Assembly (NCBI GenBank): GCA_034521815.1
Contig: JAXHLW010000013.1
Span: 1,312,001-1,376,000 of the forward strand
Length of the DNA: 64,000 bases
Reading direction: 5' to 3'
Origin: Trueperaceae bacterium
GTDB lineage: Bacteria > Deinococcota > Deinococci > Deinococcales > Trueperaceae
The notes under the pieces were generated by a model. That model made no database searches, was not told the DNA's origin, and saw only the letters and a program-made list of their open reading frames with translations. How positions within the stretch are numbered: position 1 is the first letter of the stretch; every line of letters begins with the position of its first letter. This document shows positions 34,446 through 43,910 of this stretch, piece by piece. A program made the position numbers and the translations under genes.

Positions 34446-36899
34446 ATGTCACCACACGTTCGCGTCCACCGTCCCAGCGGTCTCGCGCTGCTCGCTACCG
34501 CGCTGGTCGTTCTGGCGCTGCTACCGAGCGGCCTGGCCCAGAGCGCCGTTCCGCTGGAGCGTCTCGCGCCCGCCGAAACGGTCTTCGCCCTGGGCCTCAC
34601 GCAAGGCGAGCTGCCCACCGACGATCTCGACGAGGCGTTCGCCGACCTGGACCTCGACGGCGCCAGGGCTGCCCTGGACGCGCTCGGGCCCGTGTTCGAA
34701 GAGCTCGGCGACTCCGCGCCGGGACTGCTGCAGGGGGCCGGTCCGGCGGCGATGTTCCTGCCCGGCCTTCTGGACATGGCCGACGACATGGGTGCGCCCG
34801 GCGATCTCGCCGGATCGCTGGGCGAGGCCTGCCCGGCGGCGGCCGACGTCGTCGCCGGTCTGGACGACGGCCACGTGTGGTCGAACGACCTGCTGCTCGC
34901 CGTCGCCGTCGACCGGTTCGCGCCGATTCCCGGCGTGCTGGCCGCGGCGCGCGTCGCCGACGACGCTCGCGATTCCGCCGACGCGCTTCATGACGCGCTT
35001 CTCGACTGCTTCGGCGGCGAGACGCTCGGCAGCGAGGGCGGCGTGGAGATGCACGTGCTGTTCGACGGCGAAGACCTGCCGCTCGTCGTCGCGCGCAGCG
35101 ATGACCTGTTCCTGGCCGGCTCGCGCCCCGATCTGGTCCGCGGCGCGCTCCGCCGCGCCGCCGGGGCCGAGGAGCCGTCGCTGGCCGACCACCCCGCCGC
35201 CTTCACGGGCGAGCCCGTCTCGGGTGCGCGCGTGCTTTACGACGCGGCCGCTCTGGCCGACGTGATCGCCGGTGCGCTCCCGATCCCACCCGACGAGGAG
35301 GCCATCGTCGCGGCCGTCGACCGCGTCGCCGCGATCTTTCGCACCGTGGGCGCGGGCGGCTCGCGCATCGTGCTGGACGACGCGGGCTGGAGCGCCCTAG
35401 CGACGCTCGTTCCCGACGCGGACGGTGGCGACGCCGAGCTGTACGACCTGCTGACCTGTGCCACCTGCACGTCGGGCGAGCCGATGTGGGCGCCCGAAGG
35501 CGCCGTGTCGGCAAGCGGATCGAGCCTGCGACTGACCGCGTGGATGGACTGGCTGGACGGCGTCGTCGGCGACGTCAGCGCGGCGATGGGAGAGCCGACC
35601 ACGGTCCGTGCCGCCCTTCGCGACGAGCTCGGTCTCGACCTCGACGCGCTGCTCCTCTCCTGGCTGGGCGACGAGATCCATACGGTGCGCCTCGATGCGT
35701 TCTCGCCCGACCTCGCCGACCTGCTGTACCAGCCCGCGTCGGCGACGATCGTTCCGGTGACCTCCGCGGCCGAGGCCGAAGCGGGGCTGGACGCGCTGTT
35801 CGAGGCGGTCTCGGCGTTGCCGTCGCTGCCGTCCGACATGGACGACTTCGCCACGCTCGGGACCATGCTCTCGGTCCGCGACGCCGAGATCGCAGGTGTC
35901 GCCGTCCGTCGCGTGCAGATCGGCCCGACGACGGACCTCGCCATCGGCGTCGTCGACGACCACCTGGTGATCGCCACGCCGTCCACCGCGTTCGCGGACG
36001 TCCTCGCGGTCGTCCAGGGCTCGGTCGGCGACGATCGCGACAGCGAAGGCTGGTCGGCGGTCGTGGACGCCTCGCCCGCCGGCCGTATCGGCTGGTCGTA
36101 CGGCAACGGCGGCGCCGATCTCGCCGGGGTGGCGGAGACGCTACGCCTGGTCGCGCAGCCGATCGCCGCGAGCATCTCGATCGGCCTGTCCGCAGCGCTC
36201 GAGGAGGCGCGCAGCGAAGAGGCGACCACCGAGGCCGACTTCGGCTCGTTCGACGACGAGCAGCCGCTCGTCGACCTGAACGGGATCACCGGCTCGGGCG
36301 GTATCGGCGACGCCCTCCCGGTCGACGCGCGGCCACTGGCGCCCAACACTCCGGTCGACGCGGAGCTGGGACCCGACGCCACCCTGGCCGAGTTCGGCGA
36401 AACCGTCGACGTCTGGGGGCCGATGGTGGTTCCTTCCGGCACGGAGGCGTCGATCGTGATGACGTCCGAGCCGCTGGACACCTACCTGTACCTGTACGAC
36501 GCCGAGACCGGCACGATCCTGGCGGAGAACGACGACGCCCCCTGGACCGATCGCTCGGAGATCCGCTTCCTCTCGGACGGCCGCGCACTGCTGGTGGGCG
36601 CCACGATCTGGGGCAGCAGCGGTCAGGGCGAGTACCGGATCGAGCTGATCGTCGACGAGGAGACCGTCGACGCGGAAGAGGACACGGACGGCGCCGAAGG
36701 GGCCGACGACGCCGCCAGCGACGACGCGGTCGAGGAGCCGCTCGCCGAGGTGCCGCCCTTCGAGGACCTGCTGACGCTGGTCGAGATCGGTCCCGAAGCG
36801 CTCGCGATCGTCGCCGACCGGCTCGGGCTGTCGTGGACGGTGACCACCAGCGACGACGGCACGATCCGGACCGAGCATCGTCAGGCGTTCGACTGGTGA
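34446..36899 (+). CDS. Large acidic secreted protein (DUF3352-like body with a PPC-like domain)
   Basis: AAGGA RBS, signal peptide (GLA-Q), PPC-like LDTYLYLYD..G.ILAENDD...GEYRIEL. Confidence 0.7.
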   Translation: MSPHVRVHRPSGLALLATALVVLALLPSGLAQSAVPLERLAPAETVFALGLTQGELPTDDLDEAFADLDLDGARAALDALGPVFEELGDSAPGLLQGAGPAAMFLPGLLDMADDMGAPGDLAGSLGEACPAAADVVAGLDDGHVWSNDLLLAVAVDRFAPIPGVLAAARVADDARDSADALHDALLDCFGGETLGSEGGVEMHVLFDGEDLPLVVARSDDLFLAGSRPDLVRGALRRAAGAEEPSLADHPAAFTGEPVSGARVLYDAAALADVIAGALPIPPDEEAIVAAVDRVAAIFRTVGAGGSRIVLDDAGWSALATLVPDADGGDAELYDLLTCATCTSGEPMWAPEGAVSASGSSLRLTAWMDWLDGVVGDVSAAMGEPTTVRAALRDELGLDLDALLLSWLGDEIHTVRLDAFSPDLADLLYQPASATIVPVTSAAEAEAGLDALFEAVSALPSLPSDMDDFATLGTMLSVRDAEIAGVAVRRVQIGPTTDLAIGVVDDHLVIATPSTAFADVLAVVQGSVGDDRDSEGWSAVVDASPAGRIGWSYGNGGADLAGVAETLRLVAQPIAASISIGLSAALEEARSEEATTEADFGSFDDEQPLVDLNGITGSGGIGDALPVDARPLAPNTPVDAELGPDATLAEFGETVDVWGPMVVPSGTEASIVMTSEPLDTYLYLYDAETGTILAENDDAPWTDRSEIRFLSDGRALLVGATIWGSSGQGEYRIELIVDEETVDAEEDTDGAEGADDAASDDAVEEPLAEVPPFEDLLTLVEIGPEALAIVADRLGLSWTVTTSDDGTIRTEHRQAFDW

Positions 36900-36976
36900 T
36901 CTTCGCCCGCCGTGATGGGCGCTTCCGCGCCCGTCACGGCCCTCGGGCTTCGCTGCTCGCAGCGACCGCGCGAACG

Positions 36977-37015
36977 GACGCCACGGAAAGACGCCAGGGA
37001 AAGACGCCACGAACC
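36977..37015. repeat. 13-bp imperfect tandem repeat x3
   Basis: GACGCCACGGAAA GACGCCAGGGAAA GACGCCACGAACC. Confidence 0.7.
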
Positions 37016-37044
37016 GACGGTGCGAACGACGATACGAACGACGC

Positions 37045-37071
37045 AGCGGGCGGCCCATTGGGCCGCCCGCT
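37045..37071. terminator. Inverted repeat between convergent genes
   Basis: AGCGGGCGGCCCA-T-TGGGCCGCCCGCT. Confidence 0.6.
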
Positions 37072-37139
37072 ACGTTCGTGTCCTGTATCCGGTGCTCGGC
37101 GCCCGGCATCCGGCACCGGGCGCCTCGACAGCTAGCCGA

Positions 37140-37466
37140 TCAGGCCGGCAGGTGCTTGTCCAGCCGAGCCTGGTACGCGCTCTTCGGCATGGCGCCGACG
37201 ATCGTCTCGACCGGCTGGCCATCCTTGAACAGCATCACGGTCGGGATGGACATGACCCGGAACTTCATCGCGGTCTGAGGGTTGTCGTCGACGTTGAGCT
37301 TGCCGACCTTGACCTTTTCGGCGTAGTCGCGGCTGAGCTCCTCGATGACGGGGCCCACCATGCGGCAGGGACCGCACCAGGGCGCCCAGAAGTCGACGAG
37401 GACGAGGCCTTCCTTGGCGGTATCGACGAAGGTGTCGTCGGTGAGTTCGACCATTGTTTCGCTCAT
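37140..37466 (-). CDS. trxA: Thioredoxin
   Basis: GGAGG RBS; DFWAPWCGPC, VMSIPT. Confidence 0.97.
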   Translation of the reverse strand: MSETMVELTDDTFVDTAKEGLVLVDFWAPWCGPCRMVGPVIEELSRDYAEKVKVGKLNVDDNPQTAMKFRVMSIPTVMLFKDGQPVETIVGAMPKSAYQARLDKHLPA

Positions 37467-37560
37467 GATTCCTCCCGTGATTGGTGGTTCGTCGGCGAGC
37501 GACGCAGCGCGCCGCGCCTGGACTCGGGTGAGAATACGTCCGCGGGCGCCGCGGACGATG

Positions 37561-38733
37561 TCATACGTCGGACACGCTGCTAGGGACCTGCACGCGCCAA
37601 GCCACGAGCCGGTCGGCGGGATCGCCGCGACCCAGCTTCGGCGGCGTGAGCCCCAGGGCACGGTGGCCGCCCTTGACCGCGGCGCGGACCAGCGCACCCG
37701 GATTCGCATGCCGCCCGTGCCAGCGTGCCGCGGCCGCCACCTCCTCCTGAACGTCGAGCGACGGACTGGAGCCGCGCGAGTCGGTGCCGAACGCCACGCT
37801 CACGCCGTGACGCGCGTAGAGCTCCCACGGGAACCGCCCCGTCCGCAACGAGCGGTTCGAGCGTGGGCAGTGCACGACCGCGCTGCCCGCGCGCTGCACG
37901 GCGCGGACGTCGTCCTCGTCGACGTGCACGGCGTGCACCAGGGTGGGGCGGGCCTCGAGCACGCCGAGCTGCTCCAGGTACCCCACCGGCGAGCGACCCG
38001 ACGGCCGGAAGTCGCCCAGAAGCGGCCCCATCAGCTCCCGCAGCGGACCGTCGCCGAGCCGGTGCAGCCGCGTCTCCGACGGCGACTCGGCCACGTGGAT
38101 CTGCATCGGCAGGTCGTTCGCCGACGCCAGCCGCGCCAGCCTGACCAGCAGCGGAGCGGACACCGTGTGCGGCGCGTGCGGCGACACGCCGACGCGAAGC
38201 CCACCCTGTCGCTCCAGGGCGCGGAAGGCGCGCAGCCGCGCGACGGTGGCGTCGAACACCGCGTCCGCCTGGGCCGGATCGGGCGCGAACACCTCCCAGT
38301 ACGCCACGCCCTGCAGCCCGGGCGTCTCCAGCAGCAGCCGCATGGTCGCCTCGTCCGCGACGATGTCGCCGAAGGTCGTCGTGCCCGCCGCGGCGAGCTC
38401 GGCCAGACCCTGCCGGGCCGCCTCGGCGCCACGTCGCCCGTCTCGTCCGTGACGGATCACCGCCCGGACGAACGCCTCGTAGTCGTCCTCGACGTGCGGC
38501 ATGGTGGTGAGGTCGAGATGCAGGTGGGCGTTGACGGGCGCGGGCGAAAGCGCGAAGCCGGCGTCGGACTCCTCGGCGTCGGGCCAGCGCCTTGCCGCCT
38601 CCTCCGCGTCGCCGAGGAACAGCAGCCGCCGGTCGCCGTCCGCGTCCTGGACCACCGCGGCACCGTTCTGCACCGCCGTGCCGAGCCCGCCGTAGACGAC
38701 CTGGGCCCGCAGACGCGTCCGGGTCAGGCTCAC
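37561..38733 (-). CDS. Amidohydrolase, probable aminofutalosine deaminase
   Basis: NAHLHLD, SPHAPHTVS, IHVAES, HCPRSN, GTDS; directly downstream of mqnC. Confidence 0.8.
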   Translation of the reverse strand: MSLTRTRLRAQVVYGGLGTAVQNGAAVVQDADGDRRLLFLGDAEEAARRWPDAEESDAGFALSPAPVNAHLHLDLTTMPHVEDDYEAFVRAVIRHGRDGRRGAEAARQGLAELAAAGTTTFGDIVADEATMRLLLETPGLQGVAYWEVFAPDPAQADAVFDATVARLRAFRALERQGGLRVGVSPHAPHTVSAPLLVRLARLASANDLPMQIHVAESPSETRLHRLGDGPLRELMGPLLGDFRPSGRSPVGYLEQLGVLEARPTLVHAVHVDEDDVRAVQRAGSAVVHCPRSNRSLRTGRFPWELYARHGVSVAFGTDSRGSSPSLDVQEEVAAAARWHGRHANPGALVRAAVKGGHRALGLTPPKLGRGDPADRLVAWRVQVPSSVSDV

Positions 38734-38770
38734 GAGAGCGGCGTCACGGGATCGGCGTCACGCGACCGGC

Positions 38771-39916
38771 CTACGCCGTGGGCTGCGGCTCGTCCACGCC
38801 CTGCGCGAGGGGCGCGAGGACGGCGTCGACGTCGGGGACCGCGATGATCTCGTAGAGGCTGCCCCGCTGCTTGGGGGTGTAGCCCGCCTCGACGATCTGC
38901 CGAACCATCTCGCGCTCGGGCGTGGCCCGGTGCTTGGCGCCCGCCTGCGACACGACGTTCTCCTCCAGCATGGTGCTTCCGAAGTCGTTGCAGCCGAAGT
39001 GCAGCGCCGTCTGCGCGACCTTGTAGCCCATCGTCGGCCAGGACGCTTGATGGTTCACGACGTTGTCCAGCACCAGGCGGGCGGTCGCGACGTTGCGAAG
39101 GTACTCGTGCGCGCCGGCGCCCGGCGCCTTGCCGTGGATGCGGACGCCCTCGGTCTGGAGCGTCCACGAGATGAACGCCGAGAATCCGTTTCCGTAGCGG
39201 GCCAGCGCGCGGTCCTGCTGGTCGCGGATCCGCATCAGGCTCTCGACGCGCTGGGCGTCGCTCTCGCCGAAGCCGATCACCATCGTCGCGGTCGAGTACA
39301 GACCCAGCGACTGGGCCTCGTCCATCACGGCGATCCACTCGCCTGCCGAGATGCGCGCAGGCGAGATGTGCTTGGCGTGCCGGACGTCGTCGACCAGCAT
39401 CTCGCCGCCGCCGCCGGGGAGTCCGTCCAGCCCGGCAGCGGCCAGCTCACGCAGCACCTCGAGGGTGGTCATCCCGGTGTGCTTCGCCATGCCCTTGATC
39501 TCTTCGGGGCTGAACGACTCGACCCGGATCGTCGGGTGGCGCTCCTTGAGGTGCCGCATCAGATCCAGGTACCACGAGAACGGCAGCGTGGGGTGCACGC
39601 CGCCCTGCATCAGGACGCGGCTTCCGCCGACCGCTTCGAGCTCGCGAAGCTTCTCGGAGATCTGCTCGTAGCTCAGCACGTACGCGTCGTCCTGGCGGCG
39701 GGTGCGGTAGAAGCCGCAGAAGGCGCAGCCGATCGTGCAGACGTTCGAATAGTTCACGTTCCGGTCGATCAGGTAGGTGACGGTGTCCGGGTCGGTCCGC
39801 TGGCGCCGAACGGCGTCGGCGGCGCCGGCCAGCGCGAAGAGCGGGGCCCGTTGCAGCTCCACGGCTTGGTCGGCCGTGAGGCGTGCACCGGAGGCGGCGT
39901 GAGCCAGCAGATTCAT
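38771..39916 (-). CDS. mqnC: Cyclic dehypoxanthine futalosine synthase (radical SAM)
   Basis: TYLIDRNVNYSNVCTIGCAFC, QGGVHP, PGGGGE, NDFGSTMLEENVV. Confidence 0.92.
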   Translation of the reverse strand: MNLLAHAASGARLTADQAVELQRAPLFALAGAADAVRRQRTDPDTVTYLIDRNVNYSNVCTIGCAFCGFYRTRRQDDAYVLSYEQISEKLRELEAVGGSRVLMQGGVHPTLPFSWYLDLMRHLKERHPTIRVESFSPEEIKGMAKHTGMTTLEVLRELAAAGLDGLPGGGGEMLVDDVRHAKHISPARISAGEWIAVMDEAQSLGLYSTATMVIGFGESDAQRVESLMRIRDQQDRALARYGNGFSAFISWTLQTEGVRIHGKAPGAGAHEYLRNVATARLVLDNVVNHQASWPTMGYKVAQTALHFGCNDFGSTMLEENVVSQAGAKHRATPEREMVRQIVEAGYTPKQRGSLYEIIAVPDVDAVLAPLAQGVDEPQPTA

Positions 39917-39932
39917 GCCGGAGAGGATAGCA

Positions 39933-40088
39933 CCGGGCCACCTTCGCTTCCGTGGCCCGGGGGACCGGATCTTCACGAGCGCGACCTGGGGATGTGTACC
40001 CCGCGTGCCGTGGCGACCGGAAGACGCGGAGCGAACGCGTCCATCGCGTCTTCGAGATTGTGTACCCGATTCCTCGCCGCGATAGACT
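39933..40088. promoter_or_regulatory. Divergent promoter region with two inverted repeats and a direct repeat
   Basis: CCGGGCCAC/GTGGCCCGG (39933-39960), GAAGACGCG/CGCGTCTTC (40020-40053), TGTGTACCC x2 (39993, 40059), TAGACT -10 at 40083. Confidence 0.5.
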
Positions 40089-40094
40089 GGGGAG

Positions 40095-43000
40095 GTGCCC
40101 GCGACTCCGCGATCTGGTCCGCGATCCACCGTCAGTCCTTGGCGCGCCGTGTTCGAAACGGTGCGTGACGCCGTCGGTACCCGGCGCGACGACCAGGGCG
40201 TGCTCGGCAGCATCAACTGGCTCCGCCGCCAGATGGAGGCGCGCGGAGCGAACCCGAACGTCGTGCGGAACATCATCTACCGCGACAAGGGGAAGCTGTC
40301 GGACAAACGCGTGCTGTTCGAGATCCTGCGCGAGCTGTGGGCGACCGCCAGCGACCAGCCGCTGAACGCGCCCGAGATCGAGGTGCTGCTCTCGCCGCAC
40401 GCCAGCGCCGAGCAGGAGGTGCTGCAGCTTCTCGGCCGGGAGAAGCGGCGCGCGTTCCGCTCGTTCGTCCGTGCCGTGCGCGACGGCGAGCAGCCCAAGC
40501 TTCTCGTCACCGGCCGTCCCGGCTCGGGCAAGACGATGCTCACCGACTACATCCAGCAAGCGCTCCAGGTTCCGCCCGCCGCTCGGGCACGGGTGGTGCG
40601 CGCCGAGTTCGGGGGCGCGGGGCTCGGCACCACGCTGGCGCGCCTCGGCGAGCGTCTGGGGGTGAGGGGCGACGCGATGGAGGCGCGCCTGGCCAAGATC
40701 GGCACGGGCGGCGCCTACGCCGTCCAGGCGGACGCCCAGGCCGACGTCGCGCGTGCCATCCTCGATGCGCTTCGTGCCGACGACGTCCCGGTCGTGCTTC
40801 TCCTCCACGTCTCGCAGGCGCTTTCGCAGCAGGAGAGCCTGGGCACCGTTCCGCTACGCCTGAACACGCCCGAGGTCCCACGCGTCGGCGCGCCCGAGTG
40901 GCTCTGGTCCACCTTGATCGACCCGCTCTCGACCCTCCCGTCCACCAGCGTCCTCGTCTCGATGACGGATCTTCCTGCCAGGGCGCTTCAGCGTCCCGGC
41001 GGCTTCGGCGTCCCCGTCAAGCTGACGCCGCCCACCGCGGGCGAGGCACGCCGCTTCGTCAAGGCGCGATTGCCGCACCTGCCTGCCGGCCAGCAGGAAG
41101 AGATCGTCCAACGCGCCGGTCGATCGTTCGAGGAGCTCAGGACCCTCACCCTCCTCGCCGAGATCCGTGCGCCGCTTCCCGAGGAGGACGCCTCGGCGGC
41201 TTCCATCGCCCGGCTGAGCGACCTCGTGACCGGCGGCGGCGACGCCCGCCTCCGTGACTTCCTCGCCGCCCTGGCGGTCATCTCGCTGCCCGAGTTCCCC
41301 ACCTTCCGCCTCGCCGACCTCACCGCGCTGCGGCCCGAGGAGCAAGGCGAGCCCAGCGAGCTCGAGCTCGCGTTCGTCGACGTCCTGCCGGGCGACGACG
41401 CTGACGAGGTTCGCTGCTTCTCGCGCCGACTGGTCCGCGCGCTGCGCGAGCGTCTGGCGCACGTCGATCCCGAACGGCACCGCCGGCTCCACGCGGCCGC
41501 CGCGGTGCGGCTTCGGGACGAGGCGGAGCGAGCGCCGGGAACGGAAACCGCCGCCAGGCACGTCCATCACCTCTACGAAGCACGTGACTGGGACGCCCTG
41601 ATCGGCTGGATGCGACAGCACGGCGTGCCGCAGTCGCTGGCTCGGCGCGCCTGGCGCACGGCGCGCGAGGAGCTGGCCCCGACCGATCCGAACGCGTTCG
41701 AGCGCCTCGCCCAGGAAGTCGCCGCGCACTACGTCAAGCTGGGCTCGTACCAGCACGGCGACGCGTTGGACGCCTTCGGCGTGCTGACCGCCTCCGCGGA
41801 CGAGCAGCGCAGGGCCTGGGCGGTCCTCAAGCAGGCGGAAGGCTCGGTGCTGCGCGGCCACTACGAATCCGCGCGCCAGGCGCTGGGGTCGTGGCCCGGC
41901 AGCGACGATCCCCTCATGTCCGCCGAGGCGGCGCTGGTGCGCGCCAGCATCGCCCGCTGGAAGGGCGAGCTCGAGACCGCCGCCCGGATCGTCGAGACCG
42001 AGGCGCGGCCGCGCGTCGCGACCCTCGAGGGCCGCGACGCGGCGCAACGACTGGGGCGCGCGAAGGTCGCGGTCTGGGCCGGCTTGATCCACAAGGATCG
42101 GGGCGATCTGGAAGCGGCGGCCCGCGAGTTCGCCAGCGTCGAGTCCGACGACGACCTGGTGCGGGCGCGCCTGGCGTTCCAGTCCGGCGACGTACGCATG
42201 GCGCTCGGGCGACTCGCGGACGCCTCGGGGAGCTTCGACGACGCCGTGCGCCTCGCGCAGCGAAGCGGCGCGCTCGGAAGCGAACGGACGCGCTACCTGG
42301 CTCGCCGCGCCACGCTGGCACGACGTCTCGGCGATCTTCATGCAGCGGAGGCGGACTTCGTCGCCGCGGACGCCATCCTCGACGCCGAGGCGGGCGACGA
42401 GGTCGAGCGAGGCTTCTGGAGCGCTCGCGTGGACGACGAGCGGGCGCTGCTGCTGCTGGCGCAGGGCCGTCACGACCAGGCGATCTCGCTGCTCGCCTCG
42501 ACCGCCGCACGCTACCGGGCCTACGGCGACGCGCACGGCGTGGACGCCGCCTACCGGGTCGATCGAACGTCGCTGCGACTGGGCGTGGCCTACGCCGCGC
42601 GCGGCCTCGGCGTGGCCTGGGTGCCGCCGTTCCCGCAGCTGGACGACGGCCCTGCCAGGTGCCGAGACCTCCGGCAGGCCCGGACGCTGCTGCACGCGGT
42701 CGTGCAGCGGGTGCCCGACGGAGAGGAGGCGACGCAGGCGGCCGACGCTCTGGCACGCCATGCGCTGCTGGTCACGTCGCTGCTGGAGCCGACGGCGGAC
42801 GCCCTGGCGCTGGTTCACCGGGCCGACCGGTTCTCGCGCTTCCCCTATTTGCGTGCCGAGGCGTCCGCCTACCGGGCCGCGGCCTTGCTTCGCGCCGGCC
42901 TGGCAGGTGCCGCGGGCGAGGCGGTGGACGACGCGTGGGCCGCGCTGCGCGCCGTCGGCGACCGTCGCGGCGATCCGGGGCTCCGCGCGTGGCTGCGTGC

Positions 43001-43289
43001 TCTGGCGCTCCGGACCCAAGTGGCGCACGGCGAGCCCGCTCCTCTGGCCACGACGCTAGGGCATCTGCTCGACGACGATCTCCCCGACACGATGCGCGCG
43101 GGCGCGCTGCGGGCGCTGGGGGAGGCGCTCGAGACGCACGACCGGTCCGACTGGCTGGTCCATCCGCGCTTCCCGGCGCCGCTGCGCGGCGCGTCGGTCG
43201 ACGGGCTGCTCCGGCCCGGCGACCTGCTGGTCGACCGCTGGCGAGCGCACGCCCAGGACGGCGCTCTCCCGGCCGAGCTGCCGGCATGA
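40095..43289 (+). CDS. HTH-like + P-loop NTPase + TPR-like repeat protein (STAND-like regulator)
   Basis: 1064 aa; Walker A GRPGSGKT; Ala/Arg-rich helical repeats such as GDLEAAAREF, GRLADASGSF, GDLHAAEADF, GRHDQAISLL. Confidence 0.8.
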   Translation: MPATPRSGPRSTVSPWRAVFETVRDAVGTRRDDQGVLGSINWLRRQMEARGANPNVVRNIIYRDKGKLSDKRVLFEILRELWATASDQPLNAPEIEVLLSPHASAEQEVLQLLGREKRRAFRSFVRAVRDGEQPKLLVTGRPGSGKTMLTDYIQQALQVPPAARARVVRAEFGGAGLGTTLARLGERLGVRGDAMEARLAKIGTGGAYAVQADAQADVARAILDALRADDVPVVLLLHVSQALSQQESLGTVPLRLNTPEVPRVGAPEWLWSTLIDPLSTLPSTSVLVSMTDLPARALQRPGGFGVPVKLTPPTAGEARRFVKARLPHLPAGQQEEIVQRAGRSFEELRTLTLLAEIRAPLPEEDASAASIARLSDLVTGGGDARLRDFLAALAVISLPEFPTFRLADLTALRPEEQGEPSELELAFVDVLPGDDADEVRCFSRRLVRALRERLAHVDPERHRRLHAAAAVRLRDEAERAPGTETAARHVHHLYEARDWDALIGWMRQHGVPQSLARRAWRTAREELAPTDPNAFERLAQEVAAHYVKLGSYQHGDALDAFGVLTASADEQRRAWAVLKQAEGSVLRGHYESARQALGSWPGSDDPLMSAEAALVRASIARWKGELETAARIVETEARPRVATLEGRDAAQRLGRAKVAVWAGLIHKDRGDLEAAAREFASVESDDDLVRARLAFQSGDVRMALGRLADASGSFDDAVRLAQRSGALGSERTRYLARRATLARRLGDLHAAEADFVAADAILDAEAGDEVERGFWSARVDDERALLLLAQGRHDQAISLLASTAARYRAYGDAHGVDAAYRVDRTSLRLGVAYAARGLGVAWVPPFPQLDDGPARCRDLRQARTLLHAVVQRVPDGEEATQAADALARHALLVTSLLEPTADALALVHRADRFSRFPYLRAEASAYRAAALLRAGLAGAAGEAVDDAWAALRAVGDRRGDPGLRAWLRALALRTQVAHGEPAPLATTLGHLLDDDLPDTMRAGALRALGEALETHDRSDWLVHPRFPAPLRGASVDGLLRPGDLLVDRWRAHAQDGALPAELPA

Positions 43290-43873
43290 CCCAGGGAGCG
43301 CATGTCCGCGAGGTGACCGCGGACACGCCTCCTCTCCCCCTTCACGACGCGCTGGACGTGTTCCGGCCGCCCGCCCAGCAACACGCGGCGCTGATCGACA
43401 TCGCGTCCGATCCCCACGGCCTCGTCGTCGTCGCCGAGGACGAGGCCCACACCGTCGGCTACCTGACCTTCCATCCACCCAGCGAGATCGAGACCTGGGG
43501 CGACGACCGCAGCGGCCGGCTGATCGAGCTCGGCGCCATCGAGGTCGCTCCCGACGTCCGGGGCGAGCGTCTGGCCGAACGGATGCTGGTGACGGCGTTC
43601 GACGGCGGGCGCTTCGACGGAACCGTCGTGTTCGCCACGCTGTACGCCTGGCACTACGACGTGGACCGGTCCGGCCTGGGATCGTTCGCCTACCGGCGCA
43701 GGCTGGAGCACCTGTACGGGAAGGTCGGCCTCGAGTCGATGCCCACCAGCGACCCCGAAGTGCGCGCCGATCCCGCCAACGCCCTCGTCGCGCGCATCGG
43801 ACCCCACGCGCCCGACGCCGTCGTGCGCGAGTTCAACAGGCTGCGCACCCAGCCGCACCGACTGGGCCTATGA
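43286..43873 (+). CDS. acuA: AcuA-like protein lysine acetyltransferase (GNAT)
   Basis: FRPPAQQHAALIDIA, VGYLTF, LIELGAIEVAP..RG, YAWHYD, DPANALVARIG resemble Bacillus AcuA; ATGA overlap with the upstream gene. Confidence 0.88.
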   Translation: MTQGAHVREVTADTPPLPLHDALDVFRPPAQQHAALIDIASDPHGLVVVAEDEAHTVGYLTFHPPSEIETWGDDRSGRLIELGAIEVAPDVRGERLAERMLVTAFDGGRFDGTVVFATLYAWHYDVDRSGLGSFAYRRRLEHLYGKVGLESMPTSDPEVRADPANALVARIGPHAPDAVVREFNRLRTQPHRLGL

Positions 43874-43910
43874 GCGGTTCGCGGTATCGTGGGGCGACCC
43901 GAGGAGGACC

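Noticed and set aside
40095-43289. Avs/NLR-type antiphage defence protein
   Set aside because: No recognisable effector domain, and the context is metabolic rather than a defence island; not fully excluded
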